DNA of 64,000 bases from Saprolegnia diclina VS20 (Eukaryota). Below, in pieces: positions 11,122 to 23,600 of the stretch. The position numbers were made by a program, and so were the translations under genes. The DNA lies in assembly GCF_000281045.1 (NCBI RefSeq), contig NW_008246073.1, positions 187,495-251,494 of the forward strand, written 5' to 3'. Each line of letters starts with the position of its first letter. Position 1 is the first letter of the stretch. The notes beneath the pieces are model-generated. The model saw nothing but the letters and a program-made list of their open reading frames with translations. It was not told where the DNA came from and did no database searches.

Positions 11122-12421
11122 CGTGCTTCTTTGAAAGTGAGCGTCGAGTTGTCTGCGTCAAGAGTCGTTGGCTCGCGTCCCACGTCTCGAGAAGCTTCGA
11201 AACCCTCTTTGCTCGTCCAGAACACAACGTTGAGTCAGGTTCTGAGTCAGGTTCGAACCGTCTTGCCAAGCACGGTTGCGTCGTGTCGCTCGTCATCAAA
11301 AGCGCAGCGCCTCATCCCACCAGACAATGGCGAGTTGAGCGATCCTGATGCGCACGTAGGTAGTCATTCTGTTGCCGAACGGCGAGTGGGTTCGACCACC
11401 TCATCGACCGCTCTCGATGATTCGTTGAGTTACGGAGCGACTAGACAGGCACAGTGCAACAAAAGTGCCGTCCTATGCAGTCTTACCAGCCCCTCGAGGA
11501 ACACGACCGGCCAACGAGGACCAAGCAACCAAGACGGCGCGCCAGGAAAGCGACCGCAGGGCCATGCAACGGCGCGCGCCAACGAGGACGAGCTCGCCAA
11601 TACTGCGCGCCTCGAGAAAGAGCAACTGGTTTGCGCGCAGCGCTCAAGGGCATAGATGCTGTACTCGAAGAGCTCGTGGGCCACGTCCACACGGGTGTCG
11701 ACATCGACTCGGGTATGATGAAACTTCTTTTCAAGAGCTATTTTTTCGAAGTTTCCGACTTTGGCGCTCACGCACTTCCTATGCCAGGGCGACCCGAACG
11801 CAGGGAGAAGTGGGTCATCGAGCGGCACGTCATGGTGTTGCGCGTCAGTGGTACACATCGACATTCGCACGTCGTCGACGAAGACGAGACGCCCAGCAAC
11901 GACAACCTCGGAGACGCCGTCGCGACGGATTATGGCCAAGCCACCATGCTATCCGCGCTGAACGTCATCCACTCGGCGGTTCTATATGTAGTTTCGTAAC
12001 TAATGCATTTTGGAAACTTGAGCAGTCCATAATATATTCCTGCCAGCCCCTTCCACCGGAACTTTGTCGCGTTAAATAATGCAACAATGTTCAACATTTA
12101 ATCGAGTGTACTATGTAGTACAGTACAAACCGGGTCATTTTCGATCCACGCCATGTTGCGACCAATGTACTCTAGATACGACTCATCCAACGACGCTCTT
12201 GGTGCTGAAATACCTCCAATGTCCGTGGCCGTGAGCTCAGAAAACGGCAAACCATGATCGTATTCTTTTTTGCGACTCGGACCCCAACCCTAGAACCCAA
12301 AGGGCAAACTGCAGCCGACCAGAGAGACGCTTATCTCTGGTGTCCACACGTAGATACATCTCTTTACCATTGCAAATACCAATCGCCGACGAAAGAACGG
12401 GAAAATGTGCTTCATGCTTCA

Positions 12422-15081
12422 CTAGGCCCGGCACACGCGCTTGGCCAACGGCGCGTCGGTCTCCTCTTTGCCTTGCTCTTGGTCGTCTTTGTCACGCATT
12501 TGGCTCTTCACCGTCTCGATCGATGCCGTCACGCTGTCTCTAATCTGGACTTGCCGGGCGTGCGTACGCCACTCGGCTAATGGGCCGGGCATCGCAAGTT
12601 TTTCAATTTTGTACCCTTCGCCTTGGGTCCAAGGTCTGCGGACGGCAACATGCGCATGGTCCGCCTCGAGAATATGAGAGAGGGTCGAACAGAGGCCGTC
12701 TGAACCGCAACTTAGTGTGAGCGTGTCCGCTTGGGTGTACAAAGCGTGGACGTTTCCGCACTGGTGGCAATGCTGAGGGTCGAGGTCTTCAGGCGGTGGC
12801 AGCGCAAAGTCCGGCGTGACGACTGGGAGCGGTGGCAAGTGTGTCCACCGATCGATGGCCGCCGTCGCCAGTAGTCGATGAACGGGACTGCTAGTGTCGA
12901 GACGGGCCAGCACGGGCAAACGATGTCGGTGAAGCGCGTCGCGCGTCGTTGGCAGTGCCGCCAGCCACGCTGAGGTGACGGTGCGGCTCTTTTGTGGTGC
13001 CAACTGCTCTACAAGGTGGAGCACGTCCAGGAAAATCACGGCGCCGACTTTAATCCAATCTCTGTCTTCTTCGGTCGGACGAGGCAGCCACTCTGGCCAC
13101 GCAGTGTCGCGAGCGAGCGTCTCGATGACGGCGTCGACATAGGCAAGAGCGAGTGGGCGCAACGGCGCAGAGTCTGCCAGTTGTGGGTAAATCGCCGCGA
13201 TGACGCGAAACAGGGCCACGACCCCCACCGCGACGCACGCGTCAAAGAGTGCTGCATCGAGACGCTGCGTGAGGCTCGCCAAGAAGAGAACGGCGGCATC
13301 CGTGTAGGACGTGTACAAGTAATCGTAACTGGTCGGCGGCTCAGACATCCGGACGGCCTCAAGAATGCCGTCGACGACCGTGGAAAGAGGTACGCGTCGA
13401 TAACGGTGACAAAGGGCAGCGGCAGTCGTTGACTCATGTAGTTGGCGCCTTGGAGTTGCGGCGCTGTCACTTGGACATAGTGCTCGAGTACGAGGACTTC
13501 CTCGATGAAGACGTGGCTTCGTCCCCACACATGCATCTTCGTCAATGATCGGGTGTCGCGACAAGAGCACGGTAGCAGCGCTTGAAAAGCTGAGGCTCAA
13601 ATGGCTGCTGCAATGGAGGGCATACCGCCTTGGCCTTATTGAGGCCGGCCAGGCTCGTGAGCAACTGCAGCGTATCATTTGCCTCCGTCTGTATCCAGCG
13701 TTGGACGAGCCGGAGCAGCGCAGCGCAGAGCGGCTCCCAGCCATGCTTGGTCAAGAGATGGTGCACAAGAGGAGCGATGTCGACAAGAGGAACCTTGGGC
13801 TGGATCGTGATATGGTTCGAGAGAAAGACAGCTGTGAGCTCGACGTCGTTCAGCGCCATCAAGAAGTGCTCCATCAACACAAGGAACGATGGGGCGCGTC
13901 GATTGTAATGGCGCCGCGTGAGCGATGCGTTCTCGAGATCAAAGGCGTACATGGCTGCAAGCACGAGCTCTCGCGTGTCGGCTACGCCAAGGTAGTCGGG
14001 CTCAGTTTCGTTGGCGTCGTCCTCGGGCTGCGACAGGCGGTTCTCCAAAAACTCAAAGACACCACTGACGTCGACGAGGCACGCGGTGGCGCTTGGGCCA
14101 AAACACAATCGCGCGGGCCGTGCTTTCAGAATCACCCGACGGTGCAGTGTAGAGAAAGCCTTGGATCGTCTTGCCAACGCAGTTGCGGACCACGACCGCT
14201 GGAAGGTTGCACGCTGGGTGCGGTAGAAGCGTCTCAATGGTGCACTTGGATTCTCTGCCATCGATTTTCAAATCCGCGAGGCCAACGTCAAAGCATCCGG
14301 TGGCGACAAGCGCCTCCACAAAGGTCGCATCGATAATGCTGAACGAATCAAACGAGTCACACTCGATCGAAACTTCGAGTCCGATCCGCTGGAGCGTCTC
14401 AAAGGGCGACGTCCCGAGCACCTTGAGTGCTGCGATCGTAGGATCGAGCGTCGGTGGCACGAAATACTGGGAGCCCTCACGAAGGTACACGCGGTACACC
14501 AGTGCGACGCGGCGTCCAGATGTGATTGGCGCCGATGTGATCGTCGTCGAGAGGTAGGCTGCTGCGTACGCCGTGTCAATGAGCGGTATCGCATCATCAA
14601 ACGCGAGCGAGTCGTCTCCATACGTAAACGTAACAACCCCGCCTTCGTGCCTGGACGGAAGCAGTATGATGAGGACGCCAAAGGTCGTCGCGCAAATGGC
14701 CTCGTCGGCCGTCGGACGCAGGCGAAAGCTCTCGGCGTCCCCGACGTCGTCAACGACCATGTGCGACAGCACCATGTCGGCTTCGCCTGACGACACCAAG
14801 CTCTGGATTGAGCCTTGGTAGACTGCCGTGAGCATCTCATCGTAGCGTTGAAAGTAGCGTTGATCAATGGCAATGTCGGAGGACGGAATGATCTTCGTGT
14901 CGGGGTACAAGGCCGCGATCTGCTTTGCTTGCGCAGCGCCAAGCGGCCACGAGAGCGGCTCGTCCATACCGGCAAGCGCAACGAGAAAGGGCGCTGGGTG
15001 TAGCAGCGCGCCGCTCGCAGCAAATGTGCTCGGCTGCGGCATGTCATTCAGCACGTCTTCGTCCGCGTAGGCTTGCATCAT
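12422..15081 (-). pseudogene. Near full-length paralog (copy D) with about 3 frameshifts and an internal deletion
   Basis: N-terminal domain highly similar to copy B. Frameshifts after WPKRHRV (~14080), near 13545 and near 13385, the last with ~35 aa missing after DAYLFP. Ends PLAKRVCRA. The break examined at ~14080 is a 1-2 nt shift, not an intron. Confidence 0.75.
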
Positions 15082-15622
15082 CCTCTTGAGCCCTTTTGCG
15101 CCAAAAATAATCACATATGACCGAAAATGGACCTCAAATTGCCTTTTTAGAGCTAGTTTCAGGCAAACAATATCCTAAACAAACGGAGACGAGGCATTTA
15201 GTCCTTGATGTCCATCATCCCCATGCTTGGCACTCTCTCAACTCCATGCATGCGCTCCGATGGACGTGCCAAGCGGTCCCGGCAGTGATGACCAAAGGTT
15301 CGCTGTGCTGTAGCCACCACGTAATGCAGTCGATCAACGCCGTCGACGTCGTCATTTGCGATATCGAATCTGCCAAGGGCACTGTCAACGGGGCTGTATA
15401 TGCAGTCCAACTTCCCAGTATGGAGAATGGAGACTAGCCGGCACGGGCCACGTCATCTCGGCGTCCTCCGTGCTGTACATTAGGGTAGCGAGGACCAAGG
15501 GTCCATAATAATAATACTAGTCGAGCGCCTTCTTACATCCACGGGTGGTGTTTAAAAACACCGGTGAGTGGAAAGCTCACAAAATACAATACACAATACA
15601 CACACAACACATGCAGATTTGC

Positions 15623-16963
15623 TCACACGACCGCCATGATGTCGCTTGCGTCAAAGGTAAACGGCGCAAAGAGCTGCGGCGACTTTGGCTTGGCCGGCGC
15701 GCTGGTCGTTGTCGGTGCGGCGGCCGGGAGCGGCGGCGGCGGACCTTGGGGCAACGGCGGCGACGGCCCGGGCGGCAACGGCGGCGGCAGCGGCGGCTGG
15801 AACCCGGCGTTGTGCGCGTACTTGGTCGTGACCTTGCCAAAGTCGTGCGGGTTGCCATTGTACGTAAACTTGACGCCCGTGAGCTGCTCGTTGACGCTAA
15901 ACATCTCGTCGACGTTGAAGCTAAAGCTTGCGTCGCGCGCGCCAAACGTCTCGTCGTTGACGTCGTCGCTGGCCGTCGGGATTTGCTTCTCGGTGCCAAA
16001 GTGGCCGCGGTTGGCCTTTCGGGGCCGCGACTGCGGCGTCGAGTACGACCGGTTGTCGGCGGCGGCGACGACGTGGGCGGGATGCGGGCGCTGCAGAATT
16101 TGCACGGGCGGCGACGGGCGTGGCGGGGACGCCGGCGCGTCGACGTCATTGTCCTTGGCCGGGCGGTTGCGCGGCGCCGAGACCGACCGCCCTTTTGCCG
16201 GCGTATTGTTGCGGCCATTGGCCTTCTTGGCCTTCTTGTCGTTTTTTCGAGACGCGATCCAGCGGCGAAGGCGCGACATGAACGGGAGCACGCCCCACGT
16301 CTTCTTCGGAAGGTCGTCAAACTCAAACCACTGGATCAAGCTGATCTCCTTGCGCGTCTGGGGCGCAAAGGCAAAGTCTTCGGGCACGGACGTGATGATG
16401 TACATGCGCATGCGCTGCTGGTTCATCGTAAACTCAATGTAATCCTTGGGTGTGACCGCGATCGCGGGCGGCGCGTACCCGCACTCTTCAAAGACTTCGC
16501 GCTTGGCGCACTCGACGTCCGACTCGCCTTGGTTGACCTTGCCGCGCGGCAAGCTCCACGACGTGCCCTTCCAGTTGCGGACAAGGATCAGCTTGGTCTT
16601 GGTTGGGTTGAGGAGGATACCGCCGACGACCGGGATCTGGCTCTGGTACGCCTTAAAGTCCTGAAACATGCTTTCGCATTGGGCCTTGAGCGGCTGGAGG
16701 AGGATGCAGTGGTTGAACATCTTGCGCGCAAAGTCGTTGAGCTTGAGATGCGTTAAATGCGCGTGGTGGTCGGCGTAAAAGTCTTCGTAAAACCAGTAGC
16801 ACTGCTCGATCTGGAAGAAGAGCCGCTCGCTCGACGAGAGCTCCGACTCGGGGAGGTTCATGAGGAAGCGGCTTTGGAGCTCGTCCATGACTTCGTCCAT
16901 CGTCGGCTTCTTCCCAGCCGGCGCGAGCGTCGGCGGATGTGACACGGCTTGTACTTGCATCAT
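15623..16963 (-). CDS. DCP2: mRNA decapping enzyme DCP2
   Basis: Box A (SRFLMNLP..ERLFFQIEQCYWFYEDF), Nudix box GKVNQGESDVECAKREVFEECG, TRKEI motif, Pro-rich tail ending FTFDASDIM. Confidence 0.95.
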   Translation of the reverse strand: MMQVQAVSHPPTLAPAGKKPTMDEVMDELQSRFLMNLPESELSSSERLFFQIEQCYWFYEDFYADHHAHLTHLKLNDFARKMFNHCILLQPLKAQCESMFQDFKAYQSQIPVVGGILLNPTKTKLILVRNWKGTSWSLPRGKVNQGESDVECAKREVFEECGYAPPAIAVTPKDYIEFTMNQQRMRMYIITSVPEDFAFAPQTRKEISLIQWFEFDDLPKKTWGVLPFMSRLRRWIASRKNDKKAKKANGRNNTPAKGRSVSAPRNRPAKDNDVDAPASPPRPSPPVQILQRPHPAHVVAAADNRSYSTPQSRPRKANRGHFGTEKQIPTASDDVNDETFGARDASFSFNVDEMFSVNEQLTGVKFTYNGNPHDFGKVTTKYAHNAGFQPPLPPPLPPGPSPPLPQGPPPPLPAAAPTTTSAPAKPKSPQLFAPFTFDASDIMAVV

Positions 16964-17652
16964 GCTGTGGATGCGGGCAGAGATGATGGCACACGAGGGC
17001 TTGTTCAAGTCCTGGCGGAATGCAGATTCGGCTAGCGCGGGTGGCTATGAGGACGGCTGCGGCGGTCGGGCAGCGGAGGTCCTAGAGTCCGAGGGGCCGG
17101 CACGGAGGTGCTGCAGCTCTTATTGTTCTTTGGTCAAACGCTGGCGACACAGCCGAGTTGTATGGGCCATCTCCCTGGTTTGAACAACATGATGAAAAAG
17201 CGTATCTTCCGTATTTATGTTCCACTTGGTAATTGTATACACATTGGAGAGAAGCGCACCGGCGCTGTCCACATACCTTGAAATACGAACCTTGCGCCGT
17301 TTCTCAAGTGAAAAACCGACAGTGCTTCCGGATACGATCCGTAAAAATGCTGGACCGCACCCAATGTGGAGGGGGATGCGTTTTAAACCGAGCGCTGAGG
17401 ATAAGCAGGACGCTTCGCAACGACTGTATCCAACAACAATTGTACTAAGTAGTAGCTCGGGGTACTAGGCAAAGCAAGGCTCCTCTGGGGGCGCGCTGCA
17501 TCGTTGCGTCCACAGCGCACCGTTGGACGCTCCAGCACACGGCGTGAATAATACAGTGGACCACAGTGTTTTAAACAGACTCTGTGGACCACGCCATCTG
17601 TTTAAAACGAATACCTTTTTAAATTGCTCCCTTCGCCCGTCAGCCGCCCGCC

Positions 17653-18293
17653 ATGTTCGAGGTCGTCTCCGCGGTCCTCGCCTTCTTCATGATCCTGGGG
17701 CTCACCTTCATCAATGGCTTCTGGGTACGGCGCGATGGCGCTCTCTTTGCAAGGCGAAGTTGGCTCTATACACATGGATCTAGCTTGTCACGCTCGATGA
17801 GCTCGAACTCGACCATCTCAACCCGGCCGACGTCTGCAAGCGCCTCAACAAGGTCGTTGGTACGATAGCAGTCATTGAGGTTCCTTGGCCTAGCATACGA
17901 ATGCTCTGTGTCTAGTGCCCGAGATGGCGGTGCACGGTCTCCTTCTCTTTGCCTGCATTCTCGGCTGGTCGCCTTGGGTGCTCTTGCTCAACCTTCCGAT
18001 CGCAGTCTACCACGGCAAGAAGTACGCCACCCCATTATGGAAGCGGTATGCTCATGCACTGCTACCTCTAGGTTTTCGACGAACCAGCACTACTTGGACC
18101 CGACCGAGATCCTCCGCTTCAAGAACCTCAAGGCGTCGCGCAACGAGGCGATCGCCAAGACGATCTTCTTTGGGCTTCAGATCATCTACGGCATGTACTG
18201 GTACGTCAACGTGCGTGCATATCGCGTGCGCTCATGTGCTCTAGGATGGTCTCGGCCATCATCACGTCGTCCGTGCGAAAGACCATCACGTAA
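17653..18293 (+). CDS. CNIH: Cornichon/Erv14 family ER cargo receptor, about 5 exons
   Basis: Spliced peptide has LDELELDHLNPADVCKRLN, PE..VHG, LLNLP, LDPTEI and three hydrophobic segments; stop TAA 18291-18293. Confidence 0.85.
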
Positions 18294-18347
18294 TGCGTGG
18301 CTATGGCCTCAAAACTTGTAACATCGTGTTTACGCTTGGTTCCCGTC

Positions 18348-18835
18348 TTAATGGGCGCGGTGCTTGAGCAAGAGCTTGAGCGCGAGACCTGCAATCATGA
18401 CGGCGCCGGCGGCCAAGCCGAGACCGATGCATCCGTCGCGGTTGACGTGGTCTTTTGCTGACTGGTGCAGGCTCAGCGCCTTTTCATGTGTCGGGTTGAT
18501 CCGCAGCAGGACTTCGCATTGCTTTCGGCATTTGCTAAACTCGCCAAGGTCATAGTACGCCAGCGCCAGGCAGTAGAGGCAGTCGGTTTTGTTCATATAG
18601 TCTTCGTCCAGGAGATCTAGATCATCATGCACATAAGACCAAGCGGGCTTCGTCAACGCGATGGACCGTGGAGGAGGCCAATGCCCCGCTGCTTGTTCTC
18701 GGGCTTGGCGTCGCGCGCGAGGGCCTTGGCGTACGTAAACTTGACAAAGGCGCTTGGGTAGTCCTTCGCCTGCTCGGCGAGGTACCGCTCGCGGGCCGTG
18801 TCCAGGTCCAGCTCCACCGCGGTCGTGTCCTTCAT
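18348..18835 (-). CDS. FIS1: Mitochondrial/peroxisomal fission protein FIS1, 2 exons
   Basis: KFTYAKAL..GIGLL, DCLYCLALAYY, LLRINP.HE.A, C-terminal TM (DGCIGLGLAAGAV) followed by a basic tail. Confidence 0.9.
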
Positions 18836-20606
18836 CGGCCGTCGTCGTCGATTGCCCAAGGAGGATCAGGCCGAATGTTGGTATCCGGCGCTTCGAACCT
18901 TTTCTGCCACCTTCGCTTGGGATTGGATAAAACGCACTATAACGTCGCGTTAAAGGCGGGTCCACATCCCACACGCGGCAGTTTCCAACAGGAGAAAATG
19001 CCACGAAGCGTTTAACGCATAGGTTAAATCCAGCACATCCGCTCGAAACCTCTCTAGCGCGCTCTCTGGCTTGTGCCACACAACGCCTCGTCTAAAGCCC
19101 AAACGCTGGTCCCAACGACTCGGACAAATTTGTACGACGAGTCGCATTGCAAAGCGGACAGAGGCGCTCTTCACGCTAACAATATTCGCAAGCTGGCTCG
19201 ACAACGACGAGTCGATAGAGCTTATGCACTCCGTCCTTGCGCCATAGCAGCTTACGCTGCACTCTTACTAGTACGCTGTCGACTCGTACTCCGTGGCAGT
19301 GCCATCGAGTAAGCTTACGAGTCGAGTGTCTTGCCTGGCCCGCACAACGATCGATCCATGGCCCTTCGCAGTAAACAAGCTCTTTGAACGTGGCGTCGTG
19401 TCCGCGCAGATAACCATTGGAGTGACAACGGGAGGATCTTGGTGTACCAAATTACGTCGGCTACCGTTGCAGAGCTTGTCATCACGGAGCTACATGCCGC
19501 CACCGTCAGCAATGCAAATCTCTACGGGTCGTCCTTGGCGGAACCGGTCGGGCGTCCACGCGAGAGGGTCGAAGCTACCACTGGATGCATGCATTTACCA
19601 CTTGATGACAATACAGTAGGTTTTGTTGTTATCCTGTTCGCTGTCATGGGTCAATGTCGCTGTGAACGTCGAGAAGGAGCTTGAGCACGGTGAAGGATCC
19701 AGTTCACGCTCGCATTGACATACTCGCATCAGCCAACGCGTAATCTTGTCGCCAAAAAGGCAACGAAAGTTGGCGCCACGGAGACTTGATCTCGCCCTGC
19801 GATGAAGATAACTTGTGCCGCACGACGTCAACCACACGCCAAGTGTCTACGCATACTATAACCGTGGCTCGCAGTAAGCGTAGGAGCTCGTATGCTTGAT
19901 GAGGCCACTTGTCATCGACCCAGCTATCGACATCCTCTGGCGTCCATAGCGATCGTGTCGCACGGGGCGCGCGATTCAGCGTCGGTCCGCACAGCAACGC
20001 AGTTGACTCGCACTGGTTTACCAAGCCTGTCTCAAGCAGTTTGTCACTGTTCCAAAAGATCTGGTCGGTCTTGCGCTGGTGCATAATAGGACCATTTTCA
20101 AGAAGAGAAAGAGGTTTTCCGCGCGATGGGACGAGCAGTCACGAACAACAGAAGAACAGAAGCACAGAAGGACAGAAGTCCAGCCAGCAAAACAAGCCAA
20201 GGCACAGAGCGGCCCCGCTCTGATCATTCCGCATTTTGCAGCCCGTAGCAAATTAGCTAACCCACCTCGCCCACCACTGGGCAGGCGGGGCACCAATACA
20301 TTCGTTACCCCCCAATCTGCTCGGCCGTCTGCGAGGAACTGTGAATACCGGGGTATACCATGCCGGTACCTCTCGCTTGACCAAGAGACGCGTCTTCCTG
20401 CTTCGCAACAAGGCTGCCTCTGCAGCTACGCACGCTCGCCATTGAGACGGTATCGATACATGGCTGCTAATTCGGGCTATAAACGAGAAAGCTTGCACCA
20501 CCTGGCTGTCGATGAATCCGGATACGCGTGTCGCATCCGGCATCAGCATTGCACCGTTTCTGTTTCTTGCGAATCATATTTCGTCGGCAGCCAAACCAGC
20601 AAGACG

Positions 20607-23600
20607 ATGGGCGACTCGCCACGGGGCATGCACCTCCGGACGGGGTCCGCCTCCATGATCGGCGCCGAGACAAGCTCCGCGGAAGACTACCTCGCGCGCT
20701 TCCTCACGACCAAGCTCTCGTGGAAGGGCAAGTACGAGCGCATCTTCGCACTGACCTCGACGCGCTTTTGCACGCTCGACCCCAAGGACTTTGACCTGAC
20801 CAACACGTGGTCGTACGCCGCCTTTGTGGGCCTCGACCTCGACCCGACCGACGACCAGGTGCGACGCATCTACCATGCTCCATCTCTAAGAGGCACGCTA
20901 GGTCTTTACCATAGCGTTCAATGGCCCCAAGAAGGAAGAGCAGCTCAAGCTCCGGTACAAGTACCGGTCGTACCTCGTGAGCGAGTTCCTTCGCTTGCAC
21001 GCGGCCTTTTGCACGGGGTCGCCCGTGCCTGGCGCGGCGCCGGCGCCAGCGGTGGCCTCGATCGCGTGCACCAAGCTCACGCGCCACGACACGGAAATCA
21101 ACTGCGTTTTGGACGTGGCCGTCGACGCGATCCTCTTCAAGCAGCCGCTCGCGTCGAGCAGTAGTAGTACGAACGCGATGCCGGTGCCCCTCGGTCGCTA
21201 CGCCTACACGGATCTCGACCATGTGACGTCCCTCGCCAACTCGACGACCGGCTTTGTCCTTGGGTATGGCGGCAAGGACAAGATTTTCTTCTCGTCCGAC
21301 CGCCGGGTGGTACTTGGCCTCATTGAGAAAGCCGCCGGCCGCGTTGGCGTCCGGCTTACCTCGCGCGGGGCGCTCACGGTCGAGAGCGTCAAGGAGCACC
21401 GGCGTCGGTTTGGCGACGACGGCGGCGAACTCATGGGCGAGTTCTCCGTTCAAAAGTACTCTCCACGCTACGAGGTCGCCCGCTTTGTTTCGTGTTGAAG
21501 GATCTCAATCGACCATGTAGGCGCCTGTTCGCCGCATCCTGCGCGTGCATACCAAGGTGGTCCTCGAGATCGATGGCACTGACGTCGTCTCGCGCACACC
21601 GCTCAAGCAGCTCTTTGGCCTTGTCCGCACAGGGGCTTCCAAGTCGCGCTTTGAAGTTGAGCTCGTCAATGGCCAGCGTCGCATGTACGCGTCACGGGAC
21701 CGCGATGCGCTCCTTGCGTCCCTTGTCGACGCGTACGGCGTCCTCGCCGAGGCCAACGACGTGCTCTCGATTGCGCCGACGCCGAGCCACAGCGGCCTCC
21801 GCCTCCTCCCGCGTTTCGCGACCGAAGACCCGACCGAGACGCGCACCTTCTTTGGCGACGCATCGATCGGGTCGATGTTTCTCAAGCGACTCGCGGCGGT
21901 GGGCAAGTACACAGCGGGCACGGGCCACCGTGCCGGGGTGGCGGCCGGTCGCGGGTACAGATGGACGCCACTTCGATCCTCAGTGTTCTCATAGAACGAC
22001 GTAGACTGGTCTCGATCGCGTGCGAGCTCAACGCCAACGTCCCCTTGACCGGCATCCAGTACTATACGAAGCGGTCGATCATTGCCGATGCGCTCAAGCC
22101 GCTCTCGTTCCAGCTGCGGACGGTCGCGACGTGCTCGCCGCCAGCGCCCAAGATGGCCGTCGCGCTGCTCCAGTGCTTTTGCCGCATCGCAACTTCGTAC
22201 TACGGCTTCCTCGACATGCTCGGGCTGCCCCACTTTATCGAAAACATGGTGCACTTTCTCCAAGCCGAGGACGCACTCACTGTGTACTGGGCGTCGCTCC
22301 TTCTCCAGCGGCTCTCGATGCACAAGGGCGCGGGTGCGTCCGCCGTCGGCGACGACGGCATGGAGCCCATGGCGCGCGGGTCCAGCGCCGATGCCGAGAT
22401 CTCCAACAAGCGGCTCATCTTTGCTGACGCCAAGCTGCTGCAATCGCTCTTGGCGCCGCTTCAACTGCGACCCAACGGTCAGTTGGCGTCGCCGCTCATG
22501 CACCTCGGCGTCCTCGGCACGCTCGAGCCGGCGCTCTGCTCACGGCGTGCGACTACCGACCCCAAGGACGTTCAAGTGCTTGTGACGGCGCTCGTACCCT
22601 TCTACGACACGCTCATCCGGTACCTTTGCTCGGTATTGAACGCGTCCGTCATACTGATGCGTTGGGTGTAGCCTCCTCTTTCGGTCGTACTGTGCCGCCA
22701 CCGTCGAGGCGTGTACGCTGCTCGTGCAAACCGTCTTGGAGCTGTGTCCGATCGACGTGGCGAGCTCGATCAAAGACGCGGCGCTGCGCGAAGGGCTCGT
22801 GCTGCAGCACCTCTACCAAGCGATCTTTGATGCCGCGTTTGACCAACGCGTCGTGAGTCGGTACCTCATTTCGATGTGGATGAGCCACCACCCGCCGGCG
22901 AAGAAGCTCTTGTCGCGGCTGCTGCCCCCGGGTTTGGTCTCATGCCTCGAGATGCGCCTCTTGTCCCAAGCCGAGAGCTACCAGCTCGACGAGCTCGAGA
23001 AGGCGTCGTTTGAGCACCACAAGGTGTCGTTCTTCAACGCCGACCTCTCGCCGACGCAGAGTGCGTCTCTTGCGAGCCGCCCGGACGACGCGGACGACGA
23101 CGAAGACAGCTTTGTCGCAAGCATGCGCCGGCCCAACGCGGCGTCCGACCACGCGCTGTTTGAGGAGGATGTGGCCGACACCATTGTGCTGCCGTCGTCG
23201 ATGACGGCCAGTACGCGAAGCGAGCTCTTCCCGACCCGCAGTGAAGGTGCGCGGTCCAACGTGCCCGACGTCGCCTTGCCTCGGCTCGTGGGCAAGCTGC
23301 ACTCGGAGCCCCGGCAGTCGCCAAATGTCTACCAAGACCCGGCGCCGCGTCGCGCGCATCGGCCAACGTCCGGCGTCGGCATGCATCTCTCGCTGCTCAA
23401 ACGCGCGTTTGTGACGCGTCGGCCGTCGACTGTGCCCTCGGACGCCGCCGTGATCAAGCCGCCGGAGAACTTTCGCATCCTCTTCCACATGCTGCAGCAA
23501 GACCACGACACGGTCGACTTGCTCTGGACGGGTACGACACGCGACGAGCTCCGCGCAGCCCTTGTGCGCGAGATCCAAGTGTTTCGAGATCACCAGGCCC

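Noticed and set aside
11454..11999. 181-aa ORF with a protein-like central part
   Set aside because: No recognisable motif; could be a decayed gene, but a call cannot be supported.
19704..20084. ORF containing WTPEDVDSWV, reminiscent of a SAM-domain start
   Set aside because: Single short motif, weak codon bias, and no continuation of the domain.
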